Source: Catajapyx aquilonaris
Lineage: Eukaryota
Reading direction: 5' to 3'
Length of the DNA stretch: 52,925 nt
NCBI GenBank assembly: GCA_000934665.2
Contig: KZ538149.1
Span: forward strand, 62,001-114,925
Positions 37,761-49,634 of this stretch are shown piece after piece (positions within the stretch are counted from its first letter, which is position 1; every line of letters starts with the position of its first letter). The notes under the pieces were generated by a model that searched no databases, had not been told where the DNA came from, and was given only the letters and a program-made list of their open reading frames with translations. A program made the position numbers and the translations under genes.

Positions 37761-38141
37761 ACTATCAAGAGAACTTCCTTCCAACGTTAACACGGGAACA
37801 ATTTCTTCATGTGCTGAAAACTGGCGGCTTAAAGGCAAAAATTCAATACTACTATAGTGACTCTATGTGATTACGTGGACCACTTTAGGGGGCATTCTTA
37901 GCAGGTACTTTAGGTTGCTCTTAACAAATGATGTCTCTTCCTGGGTCAAACAGTTAAAGGTATAGCATGCCGTCCCAGTGCAGTGGGTGATAGAACTTGT
38001 TTCCCTGTTCTGGGCTATCACTGGTACCATAGAGTACATACAGGAGGAATTCGCTCATATCATATTTGAAATATGCGTGAAATATGGAAACCCTGCTCAA
38101 TTTGGGGGTTCATTTAGCACGCATTCTATTGGAATGAGAGA

Positions 38142-38433
38142 CCGAAGCAGGTTGGTGTAGTGGATAAGGCGTCCGCCTGCTAATCGGGAGGTCCTGGGTT
38201 AGAATCCCGGGGCCGGCGACCCTGACCGTGGTTTTCTGTGGTTTCCCACGGTCCTCCCAGGATAATTCCGGGTCTTTTCCGTAAAAATAGGCCACATCCG
38301 CTTCCTTCCGTCCCTATCCTATCCCACAAAGCTAAGTAAAATGAAAAGCAAAAAGTTACAGGCAAAACAAACTTCCCCCCTAAAGAGCCGATGGCTGATA
38401 ACGGGGTATGAATTATTATGAATTATGAATTAT
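38142..38433 (+). mobile_element. tRNA-derived SINE (head/body type B, tail type A)
   Basis: TGGTGTAGTGG A-box, GGTTAGAATCCC B-box; body GGTTTTCTGTGGTTTCCC..GGCCAC..CCGCTTCCTTCC; tail CCCCTAAAGAGCCGATGGCTGATAACGGGGTA; TSD TATTGGAAT(G/A)AGAGA (38127-38141, 38434-38448). Confidence 0.85.
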
Positions 38434-40051
38434 TATTGGAATAAGAGATCTAGAAAAAAAAAAGTTACTGTGCGTGTTTTGTCCACATCTGAAATTTTTT
38501 AAATACGCTGGTTTTGTGCAAATATTTAATCAGAGAATTACTGTACATAACTCTTTCACGGTTAGTTTCATTGTTGACATTGTTGAAAGTCATAGTTGAC
38601 AGAGTGCTCTAAGGCAATGCTTTTTTTCCCCGAAACTCTGGCTGGTAGGCCTATAGTTCACATCCCACATTGTTATCTTGTGACCTTTCAAATGGAGAGG
38701 AAAAGGAGATCTAGGTGTCGCGAAAAATTCCCGCCCCTCATTAGTACCGTATAATTATCTATAGTATCAAAGATATGGACTTTCAAAAAATAAACCTACT
38801 TTTTTTTGAAAAAAATCCTCAGTGGGTCCCAAGAGGAGTAGGAAGAGCAATTTTTGGAAATGGAAAGTGAAGCATCCAGCTGCAAAGTGACATTCGATAC
38901 TTTAATTTGTTTATGTGCGAAGGGAGACAGTGAAATGAGAGCGAATGTGTGGTTTTGGATTCTTGCTGTGTTTAAGGTGGATATGAAGCTAAGGCTCACA
39001 ATTTGACATCGTTTTGAAATTCACAGGGTTTATAGAGTAAGAAGCCCTCTTCCCAATGGTGGAAAAATAATCACCCCTAACCGGGCAAATAAGCTCGCAA
39101 AATGGCTCAGAATGTGCCGACTGTCCATAAGCTCCAATGTTAAATTAAAACTTTATTTTAAAGCATCTACACAATTTAACAGTTTGAAAGTAATATATGT
39201 GAAATGTGAAGAATAATATAGTAATTACAAAGAACGCAAAAAAAACATCAAACCGAATGATTTAAATTGTTATCGTGGAAAAAAGAAAAATGGTGCGACG
39301 CTAGCCTGAGGCACGGGAGAAGTGGCAACATGGCCTCCTGCACGAACGGATGTTTGACCTTCTGAGAAGGGGGGATGTTGTATCCATTGTAGTGTTTGTT
39401 TATTAAAGTGATTTTCCTACGAAATGGCGCGCAGAGTGTCCGAATTTGAAATATGTGATCACAACCAGTTAACTGCGTCGTCATCCCTCGGAGACCCTCC
39501 TGCCCCCACAACCTCCACAGGAGCACGACACGGGCGTCGCTAAGCGCACAAATACACTATATTTCAACCTAGCCAGATCATCGTGCATTTGGAACGCGCG
39601 CCGAACGCGCCATCTTGGACAGGGGGAGGGGCGAGAGCGGCGTTGCCACTTTTATGTCAACACTGGTTACCAACTTACCGTAAATTAAAGCCTATACTTA
39701 TCCCCCTCCCTTTCCGAAGATAATGTGTATTATGTAATGGATGTAACACGACATTGTAGAGCCTCATAACTGTCACCCACTACCGTCGCCTTTGATCCTA
39801 AATATGCTGTCTATGGCAAACTAAAAATTCAGGTGTGTACATTCCAGTAGGTTGGCAATGTGTTGCAAGTGAATTAGGTTTTGCCCTGTAACAAATCGAG
39901 TTTACGGTGGATTTTAAAATGGAATGCATATTATTCCTCAGCATCCACTACTGCATTAGATGCATATGTTTCCCCGAATTTAACTGCTCTAATTAACGTT
40001 TTTGTTCTAGACACTGAATTGACTAGGGAGGTAGCTTCATATCCTCCTTAA

Positions 40052-40568
40052 GGGGGCGCATTAGCAAAAAAAAATACGGTCGGTAACAATGCGATTCCTT
40101 GGCGACCACGTAAACAAACTCGCGTATGCATGGACAGCATATGGGGATTCGACATGTCTACGCTTCTGCCGTGGCTTCTGCGGCCGTAAGGCCACAAAAA
40201 TGGAGCAATGGACACAAAAATTACACCAAAAAAAATAGGACATGATCTGGCGCAGGGCACCTTCGTCGTCATTTTACCATTTTCGGCCTAGAAGTGACCT
40301 TTTCATCGAGTTGAAGTGAAAGGAAAATGGCGTTCCCGAGAAGCCCATTTGAATAACATAGCGGCAGGAACGCGACAAAGTCGGGAACGCTTCTGCGCCC
40401 GTATGTCCACAATTTTAATGCAATCATATCGCGTATGGTACCATAGTAAAGGTCAAACCTTTTCGCAGGGCACCTTCGTCGTGATTTTTCCGATTAACGG
40501 CGCGTTTCGCCACAAAAAATAAAATTCCCTCAAAAATGCGCCTACCGTATTTTTACTAATGCGCCCCC
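40052..40568. mobile_element. Kolobok-like MITE (TTAA TSD), 517 bp
   Basis: TTAA|GGGGGCGCATTAGCAAAAA..TACGGT ... ACCGTATTTTTACTAATGCGCCCCC|TTAA; internal direct repeat CGCAGGGCACCTTCGTCGT (~40251, ~40464). Confidence 0.85.
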
Positions 40569-42196
40569 TTAAACAAAACATCTCGTTGGCAAGCGTTTCA
40601 CCCGGTATTGCAAGATCAAAATGCTGAGTACAACCACTGTACACTATCCGTTAAAGAAACCTACCAGACGTATCTTCACTCTACAGCACCATCATCAGTC
40701 ACCCCAGATGACGTTTATGAAAATAAAATAAAAACTGGAGTGCTTATGGTTGTATAGTGTCAAGATACGTCTGGCCGAAACTTTTTGACATTTAATATGT
40801 TCGTACACCGATTCCCCACTCTAATGCCCCTGAATTCCTAACCTTTACCCACCCTACGATCCAGGCACCCTACTGTCACTATATCCCCACCTCATTTCCA
40901 CCTATTCCCAGCCTCATTGCCATCGTATCCCCACCCCATTACCACTGTACTCCCAAGCCCCTACCCATTGCCACCTATTAGCACCCAATTCCCACGTAAT
41001 TGCTGGTGCCATCCCAGCACAATGACCATAATAAAAATCAAGCAATTCGTTTTGTTGAAATAAAAAATTGATATTTATACATCTACTGTAGTATCTTGTG
41101 CTTCGTTCGTCACGAGGTTCGCCAACTCTCTCAGTCAGCCCCTCGTTGCATTTCCCATGGAGAGTGGTGGACGTGATTAATGTACATCGACAGAGTTTCA
41201 AAACTATGTAATAGTCATCTTTGTAACCTCTCCAGTTTTCTAATAAAACAGACACGAAATTTCAGCGGAGTTTTGCAGGGGGCACTATTATTCTGTCCAA
41301 CCCCTGTATATGCAAGTATTTAGACCCCAACAATATTATTAGTGATGTATTTGCGTAAGAGCAGCCATATTTGGTAACAGGATTGTGATCCATACAAGAT
41401 GTAATGTGTTCTCGCGCGAATATAATAAATATTATGTTTTGCAGATATACCATTAATTTCCAAGGACACAAATTCTTTGACACGTGACCGATGGAATGCC
41501 ACACAGGTTTTTCTGGTTACATTTCCGAGGAAAACGAAGGACATGGGATGCATCATATGGGAAAAGTTGGGCCAGTTGGATTCGGCTGAAACTTGATCAG
41601 GTGATACATCTTGACCTGAGAGTCAATTGTTCTGAAGGCTGAAGAAAATCTATCGTGCCGTTTGGCCGTTAAAGGCGCTCTAATTTCGATTTTCAAAATT
41701 GTCCAATCTTAGTGAAATTGACAGATATTGTAGAGTTCGATGAGCTGAGTCTAATGCGCCACGGGACAATTTTCTCTGACAAATCATTTGACTGCAAGAC
41801 GAGTAAATTAAACATCGGACCTTTTACTAAGGAGCTTGCTAAGCTGAACGTCTAGTCCATTTCAGTGTCCCATCTTTTCATTTTAATTAAATATTAATGA
41901 TGTAAGGTTTCTGGACCTGCCATGTATTTTTGAATAATTGAACCATGGAATCGGAAAACCAGGCGATGGCCACTTTAAAATGACTTGGCACTTATGCACT
42001 TGTTGCTCTGAGCCTCGCTGTACGCCAAACGGAGCGTCGAAGGCGCACCAAACTCAGGTGGTAGGTGCGCCTGGCGAATCCGTGACGATACAAGATGTCA
42101 CAAATCCGATACGAGTAACGCGTGACGAATGGGAGCGGTGTCCATGACCCCCCACCTCTGGACCACTCTGGAAACCCCTGTGGACATCGCCTTGTT

Positions 42197-42560
42197 TTCC
42201 GATTCCATGACGAGTTCGAGGCCACGTTGACTCCTCTGCAAATCACATTGATTGTCGCACCTGGATCAAATAAATATGATATTTTTCTTGCGGCGAATGC
42301 GTACCTATCCCAGGTGACATGAAACCGATATCACAAACGAGTCAAATGCGACACTGGTTTTTCTTACCCCCCTCCCGTTTTTGACTTCCGATTCCTGTGC
42401 GAGTTGGAGGCCACGTTGACCCCTCTGCAGGTCACAGTTATTGTCGCACCTGAACCAAACCAAAATGGCATTATTCTAGCGGCGAATTCGAACCTATTCA
42501 CGGTATCACGAAACCGATAGCACAGACGAGTCAAATGCGACACTGGTTTATCTGATCCCC
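42197..42560. repeat. Tandem duplication, ~189-bp period, 2 copies
   Basis: TTCCGATTCC..GAGGCCACGTTGAC..ATTGTCGCACCTG..ACGAGTCAAATGCGACACTGGTTT starting at 42197 and 42386. Confidence 0.8.
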
Positions 42561-42855
42561 CTCCCGGGTTTTGATGTCGCCTATAGTACAGTAGATTATA
42601 CTTCGTGTAGAATAGAAATAGAAAAGGTAGGATAATCCGAGGAGCAAAGGAAATCACAACAAAAAGCATAAAAATTATGAAATAAGGTACATTATTACGC
42701 TTTTCTAAGAAATAGTGAAGTATTTATCTTTTAAGTACCGTACACACTCTGCTGTTTAAAATTTAACTGAGGGAATGGAAAACAAATTATTATTATTAGC
42801 CTGCATTACAGTATTATTTTGATGAGAAAACATAGATATATTGCTGGAGCGGGAC

Positions 42856-42911
42856 GGTCGGATAAACCGAAGATGCGGATAATCCTAGGTCGGATAAACG
42901 GGGTTCTACTG
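42856..42911 (-). mobile_element. pogo/Tigger-type MITE terminus
   Basis: Minus strand CAGTAGAACCCCGTTTATCCGA with repeated CGGATAA motifs; the other end is not clearly preserved. Confidence 0.5.
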
Positions 42912-44563
42912 AATTTGAGGATTTTGGTTTTTTAACTGGCCCGAGGTCAAAAACAAATCGAAGACAAAATGAATGGTTATTATGAGTTACGAGTGATCTA
43001 TAAGGAACATGGAAATAGCGATGAATTTCCATGGACAAAAATTAATATCGTATGGCATAGTGTCATTAATCATACACTATCCTTAAAAATTAATGTTCCA
43101 CATAATAATATGCAGAAAGTAATGTAGTGGAAAATAAATAATGGAAAATGGAAAATACATCATTTTAAGTGGAAGGAAATAAGATGCTGAAATCCCTCAT
43201 TATTTTCACTCAAACGGAAATGAAAATGACCTTAAGATGCACTTTATAAGTGGAAGATATTGTACAATCATCCACCTGTTGCTGTGGCATTTATTTTCAC
43301 CTCTTCATTGCAATGCAGGCTTGTTATAAGGTTTGTTAGCTGTTAAGGCTTCTATCTTTGAAGTACCCCTAGGCCGATTTCGATCCCCTGGTATGGGACC
43401 AATAAGAATAAGCTTTTTCATGCAAATTCAGAACAATAAGACACACTTCGTTCATTTCGATTTATAACTTGAGGGTAAAAATATTGCGTTGCCCTTACGC
43501 TATAGTATAATGTTGTTTGAAACAATTAATTAGGGGGCTGTAATTGCCCCTCATAATTTTGGCAGCGTACCACCATGCTTGAGAGTTTGTCATATTCCTT
43601 GTTGGACGGCCATTTACATCATTGGCGGAGATAGAGGAGACCCTTTTTATAACATTTGACAGTCTTATTTCTAGTGTCAAATTGGTGCACAGGAAATTGA
43701 AAAATGAAGCAAGAGTAAAACTGCAAGTAAATGTGAAGTGATCAAGTTTGGCTTCCTTGCATGAATACCTTTAGAACATACTCTAACCCAGAAGAAAGCC
43801 GTGTCTTGCCACTAAATGGGCACTTCAGTGTGAGTGGCGCGGGCTCCCAAGACCACATTTGGCTCGATTACATGAAGAAAGTGCCATAGAGATCTCTTCT
43901 CTCTCGAGTGCGTTCTTCCCTATTCACCCATCCCCTTTGGAATATTTCCAGCAACACGTAAGTTAACTTACCCTTACCTTCCGATGCACTTTGATATCAT
44001 TCTATAGAGATTGCATAATCGCAATATTTTCCCCAGCAGCTGCAATGAATTTACTTCCTTTAACCCTTTATTGTCACATGTCATGACAATATCAATATTT
44101 GAAACTCAACTCCCTCTCTTTGCTAATGAATGTTTTCAAACATGAATTTCGAAAAAGGTGAGTTGTCAGAGGGCAATAATATTTTGGACACTTTGTAGAA
44201 GTTACCCAAGGAGAATAATAATATTATTTTCCTGCGTCCCACTTTTGGCATTCCTGATTTGCAGACGAAATTCATTCATTCACATATCCTTTTACAGCTA
44301 GGTCATTTATAAAATTCGCCAGGCTGATCTTCGCCTTTTTTGATCGCCACCCCTCCTCTCCTTGTTAGGCATATTGACGCTTAATCTGACCTTCTTTGTT
44401 GACTTTTCACTGTCTGCTAAGTTACTTACCGGTACGTGTTTTACACGGAATTTTGAGCGTGACGTCAAGCACTCCCTCGCATCCTGCTGCCTTGTACCTG
44501 CCCCCAACCAGCGTGCCATCCTTACGGAGATAGGTGATGTGAATTCGAAATTATTTCAATATT

Positions 44564-44901
44564 TTTTTTTTTACTTACCCCGTGATGACCTTTGTAGGTC
44601 TATAGGGGGTGGTGGATTACCACCATTGGTATTTGTTTTTTGGAGCGAGTTAAGAATAATCTTATTAGTATACTCCAAGGTAGTTAGGAGGGGATGTGCA
44701 AAGTGCATGTGCGCTGTCGTTAATTGGTCATTTTTGTGAACTCCCCCGGGTGGCTTAGTCTATCGGAAATTGACACCCGAAACGAAGCCAGAGATGGCCC
44801 AACTCTGCACGAAAGAAGGTGGGAACCCCGGGTGGGGATTGAACCCGGGACCTTAACTTCCGTGGGAGCACGCGTTACCGCGGCGCCACTTCGTCTCCCT
44901 T
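44564..44901 (-). mobile_element. tRNA-derived SINE (head type A, tail type A)
   Basis: Minus-strand head closely matches 16-95 (CCCACGGA.GTTAAGGTCCCGGGTTC.ATCCC); tail CCCCTATAGACCTACAAAGGTCATCACGGGGTAA plus poly-A; TSD ATTATTTCAATATT (44550-44563, 44902-44915). Confidence 0.88.
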
Positions 44902-45936
44902 ATTATTTCAATATTAAAGCTGCAGTCAAATTATTTAAAGCCGCCATTATCAAAATAATATCTTCAAATCCATAATGGCAGAATGCGTGGCCGAATGTAA
45001 ACAGAGGATCTGATTGGCTCAGAGTCTAAAATGGCCTATGAGCCTTGTCTGATTGGCTCCCGTCCGAATCCATCAGGGTCGTATGTAAACAGACAATCCC
45101 ATTGTGTCCCATCCAGTGCGGGATTTTCGCGCTGCCTTGTGCGATGCGTTGATGCGACGCCGCCTTACATCTCCTATATGTGGCAATGTGTGATAGGTCG
45201 GTAGGCAGCTCATGTACCGTAGGGGAGAGCGGGGCACAGGGGTTCATGGGGCATAGAAGTCCTTTCTATTTTAAAAATATAAGAAACCAGAATAACATCT
45301 TCATCTGGTATCCTCCTGAAACAAGTCACTATTGTGCATCCTGCCAACATGACAGCCACCTGTGAGATGCCTGCTATCCTGCTGTATCAGGGGAAAGCTA
45401 CTTGAAGCGTATAGTGAAGTTACTTCTAACCCACAGTTTAAATGACATGCCTGACGTATAATTATGCTGGGCATGACCCTGATGTAAAAATGTTGCTGAA
45501 TAAATGTTGTCCATAAATGCTGGGAATTTGGAAAGCGTCATTTGCAATGGAAGCTACGATTCATAACATCATTTCAGTTGCTGCCCTCTGGGGCACAGGG
45601 GTCCATGGACCAGTGTGCACCTCTTTGTGGACGACCGTGCACCTCTTTTGCCTTTACAGTAATTTTAAAGTCATCGTAGGTTTATATGCTAATGGTTTTG
45701 ACAGACACCAGTATGAAATAGTAAAGTTTATGCACCAAAGGATGTGGCAGGACAAGGTCTATATTCTGGAGAGAAACTATGTTTCACTTATGTCCACAGG
45801 TTGCAGTAACATAGTCCCTTTTAGACTTTTTCTCATCATCTACTCCGTCTTTTTAGAACAAAACACTGCTGCACCGAGCTGCAACACTGCTGTACCGTAC
45901 ACTGCTGTCACGGAGCTTTTACAAACGCAGCATGGG

Positions 45937-46860
45937 TGACACATCTTCGATAACCTATCCATGAATACCACTATGGAGTCATAACCCTTTCCCGCGATGG
46001 GAAAACCTGTCACTAAATCCATTGACATACTGTCCCAGTTCCTGTTCGGCATGCTCAAAGGTTGAAGCAAACCTGACGGCTTCGTAGTCGTAAACTTCAC
46101 CTGACTGCAATTATCACATGACTTGACGAACTTAGTAACATCCTGCCACATCCCTGACCAAAAATATTGCGACATTACAGCGGCATACGTCTTGTCGTAG
46201 CCAAAGTGGCCACTCGTGGGTGTAGTGTGACACTCATGTAAGAGTTTCCCCCGTAACGCACCGTTCGGGATGCAAAATCGAAATTCTCTGCCTTGTGATA
46301 GATACAACTTCTCGATCTTCACAAACATCTTACCTCTATATTGTAAATTGGATGGAAGATTGGCAACCTCTTCCGTCTACCATTTCGTAAATTGGTCCGA
46401 AATACCTATCCTCAAGATATTCCTTCACCAAAATTTCCTCATTTAAGACTAGCTACAGAAACACTACTTATCGTTCCGACCTGTCTTATTGGCATCCGCG
46501 ACAAACCGTCTGCCATACAACATTCGTTTTGCTCTTTATGTGTCTTATCTCGAAATCATAGTCCTGCAAAAATGGGAACCATCGCATCCATTTCGCATGA
46601 ACCTGTTGTTGCGATTTTAACATGCTGACGGCTTTGTTATCTGTTTCTAGCACAAAATGGCGTCCCATTAAATACCGTCTCCAGATCCGCAAAGCATGGA
46701 CAACAATGAGTAATATTCCAGCTCATAAATGGACCACCCTTCCTCAGTCCTCGTTAACTTTCTGGATATTTCATATGCAACTACATTCTCAATCCCTGCC
46801 TTATCTACCTGAGCAAACACTGCGCCATGTCGCGTAGTAAGTTGCTCTGAAAGTGAGTGG
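45937..46860 (-). pseudogene. Ty3/Gypsy pol remnant: RNase H and integrase N-terminus
   Basis: GAVFAQ..VVAY.SRKL...E..WSIYELE, WRRYLMGRHFVLETDNKAV; integrase HHCC (LLHECH..SGHFG..YFW..CDNC), GLLQPL, WDSMSMDLVTGFP, DRLSK; frameshifted and truncated. Confidence 0.92.
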
Positions 46861-47070
46861 GCTCGAACGCGTTCACTATGGCCGTTTTGAACTGGGCGAA
46901 ACCGTGAAATGCACCATTCGCGGAGGTCTGGTGGACATACCACTGCAGAGCTCCTGCCTTCAGCAACGCAGGCACGTGCACTCAACCGAGAGTAGTCCGG
47001 TATGCCCGATGCAGCAAATCCCGCTTCCAACTGGAATAACCAGGAACGGATCGGAACGGATGCTCAGCCC

Positions 47071-47416
47071 CAACGAGATATAAATAGCATAGAGGCCGTA
47101 AAGGTCGGCCATCTTTGATGCAATTACCGGCCATGACACTTCATGGCAAGAACTTTGAAATTGTCGTATTTCCAACCCTGTTCTCCTCTGTCTACACTCC
47201 TGCCTCCTGGGGGGGGGGGGGGGGGGGCNGGAATGAAATGCAGTCTGGTGAAAGTCACCATTTATTCCCAGCCCCGCCAGGAGGCTGGAGTGTACACAGA
47301 GGAGAACAGGGTTAGAAATACGGCAAATTCAAATTTGCGCATGTTCTTGCCGTGAAGTGGCATGGCCGCCAAAGATGGCCGACCTTTACGGCCTCTATCC
47401 TATTTATATCTCGTTG
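47071..47416. mobile_element. P-superfamily MITE, 346 bp, ~135-bp arms
   Basis: 8-bp TSD CTCAGCCC (47063-47070, 47417-47424); termini CAACGAGATATAAATAG / CTATTTATATCTCGTTG; subterminal AAGATGGCCG motif as in the 24432 P element. hAT is not excluded. Confidence 0.8.
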
Positions 47417-47645
47417 CTCAGCCCCGGCGCGCCATCAAAGGTGTCTACGCTTGGCGTCGCGAAATGTCTGGATTGTCCTGAGACGGCTTGCACCACCTGT
47501 TGTTGTGACTGCACCAGCGCAGCGCCTGGTTCGCTTGCGCCAACTGGACCGCAACACCCGGATTCATGCTGCTACGGCGGTGACGGTCAAACAGGATACC
47601 CACGTACCGACAGGATCGAATGCCCGGACGCGACCGTTACCATTG

Positions 47646-47660
47646 TCTGCTACCACTTGT
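47646..47660 (-). promoter_or_regulatory. Putative primer-binding site of the Gypsy element
   Basis: With the 47661-47950 insert and one TSD removed, the minus strand reads TGTTACA-AG-TGGTAGCAGA, i.e. LTR end, 2-nt spacer, TGG PBS, in the same orientation as pol. Confidence 0.6.
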
Positions 47661-47950
47661 CAGGGGCGGCTCCAGGGCCGGGCAATCCGGGCAACCGCCC
47701 CCCGCGCCCGCCATAACCAACTCTCAGTCTCTCACCTGTAATGTAAAATGTTTGTCATTAAATTGTAGACCCATATTCATTATATTATAACGTGAACGTA
47801 ATTTATTCGAAATTTTAATAATCTGTCTGTCCTTGGTCCTTCCCTCCCTTCGGGAGACGGGCGAAAGTCCCGGTAAGACCCCTCTCCAAAACATTAGGGC
47901 CCCGCTTAAGTAAATGGCCCAGGGCCCCGCAAAGTCTAGGGCCGCCACTG
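47661..47950. mobile_element. hAT-type MITE, 290 bp
   Basis: 8-bp TSD CCACTTGT (47653-47660, 47951-47958); TIRs CAGGGGCGGCTCCAG / CTAGGGCCGCCACTG. Confidence 0.85.
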
Positions 47951-48166
47951 CCACTTGTAACACTTGTGACACTGTAACAAACTGTCATAGTCATGGTCAT
48001 AGTCACTTTTTCCTTTGGTTGAGGGAAGGTTCCAAATAATGGGTACAGGGAGTCCCAATAATGTCCAATGTATTTGCACACGGGTTCCAGCAAATATTAC
48101 AAACAAGGTTGAACCCTCAATGCGCACCAACGTAATAATAGGGGGGGGGGGGGGGGGGTAACTCGT

Positions 48167-48458
48167 NNNNNNNNNNNNNNNNNNNNNNNNNNNNNNNNNN
48201 NNNNNNNNNNNNNNNNNNNNNNNNNNNNNNNNNNNNNNNNNNNNNNNNNNNNNNNNNNNNNNNNNNNNNNNNNNNNNNNNNNNNNNNNNNNNNNNNNNNN
48301 NNNNNNNNNNNNNNNNNNNNNNNNNNNNNNNNNNNNNNNNNNNNNNNNNNNNNNNNNNNNNNNNNNNNNNNNNNNNNNNNNNNNNNNNNNNNNNNNNNNN
48401 NNNNNNNNNNNNNNNNNNNNNNNNNNNNNNNNNNNNNNNNNNNNNNNNNNNNNNNNNN
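48167..48458. other. Assembly gap (292 N)
   Basis: Run of N with a G tract on the left and a C tract on the right. Confidence 1.
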
Positions 48459-49634
48459 CCCCCCCCCCCCGCCCCTCCCCGTTCAACCACTGCACTCTTA
48501 CCTTGACTCTTGCCAGCTCGCCCGACTCGATTCAAACAGACTATAGGACGTGACGTCACGCCGTAGACCGTCATAAATAAATTAATTACTGCCGTAGTGC
48601 CGTATATCTCATTGTTTTATAAAACCGACCGGGGTTGTCGCCACCTACAATTTTTCCCCACCCCCTCGCACTCGCTTGATCCGTGACTCTGATACACCCT
48701 ATATAACCTCTCCATAGTCAAACGTGCCCCACAAATAATCACCAAAAATAAAATAGATCATATTACAAAATGTTAAATACAACTCAATTAGATCATATTA
48801 CATAAATCAAACACAACTCAAATAAATCTTGTTACAGAGTTGCTGATTGTTGATGAAAAGAAAACAATGAACTTGTATAGTGATGAGATGTTGCCCAATA
48901 TGGAGAAACAATAAAGAACCATAGGGCCTTCTTATAACAGAACCTGAAGGCGCCCATACAAGATGACTCAAAATGCCACACTGCTGAAGTGTCCATTGCA
49001 GCAGCATAAAGTGGCTTGACTGGAATGACAACTCACCAGACTTACGTCATATAGAACACTTGTGTGCCAGGTTGTAATGCAGCGTCTGTAAGCAAGCCAG
49101 TCCAAAAATTACGGCCAGTTCATTAAGATAATTGACCAGGAATTGGCAACCGTCACACAAGAGGATGCATTCAAACTTGTGGATATAGTTTTGACAGGCA
49201 TGCAGCTCAGTCTTGGGGAGAAATGGTCTGAATACTGACTATTAACACACCTTACATCCTGACAAGTCAGAATACACGTAAAACATTCATATAATATATA
49301 CGGTATACACCTCACATTCATAAAAAATTATTAAGCACCATATGTGGTGACTGGTGAGGCAGAAACTTTTGCTACATTCTGTATATTAGTGACGTTTTAC
49401 CAATGAGTACCTCCACCAATGCCCACACAGTGCCCATAAGCCTGTCTCTTAGATTAATTTTGATTCTGACTGAAACTTCTCTTCCGCATTCTCGACTCAA
49501 TGTGAGGATAAAGGGTTGATACGGGTTCACACCAGGGCACTCAAAACATGCTCAACTTTCCCATTCACAAATCAGCTTTCACTTACAGTGCTTCCCTTAG
49601 GGGAAAGCTGATTGTTGCATGGGAAAGTTGTATA

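Noticed and set aside
38142..38220. tRNA gene (also 16-95 and 44820-44900)
   Set aside because: No complete cloverleaf; each continues into a SINE body and is bounded by TSDs.
45218..45610. DNA transposon starting GGGGAGAGCGGGGCACAGGGG
   Set aside because: Only one terminus plus an internal direct repeat (~45590); no matching TIR or TSD found.
47936..48574. 212-aa and 132-aa ORFs
   Set aside because: Open only because they cross the N gap.
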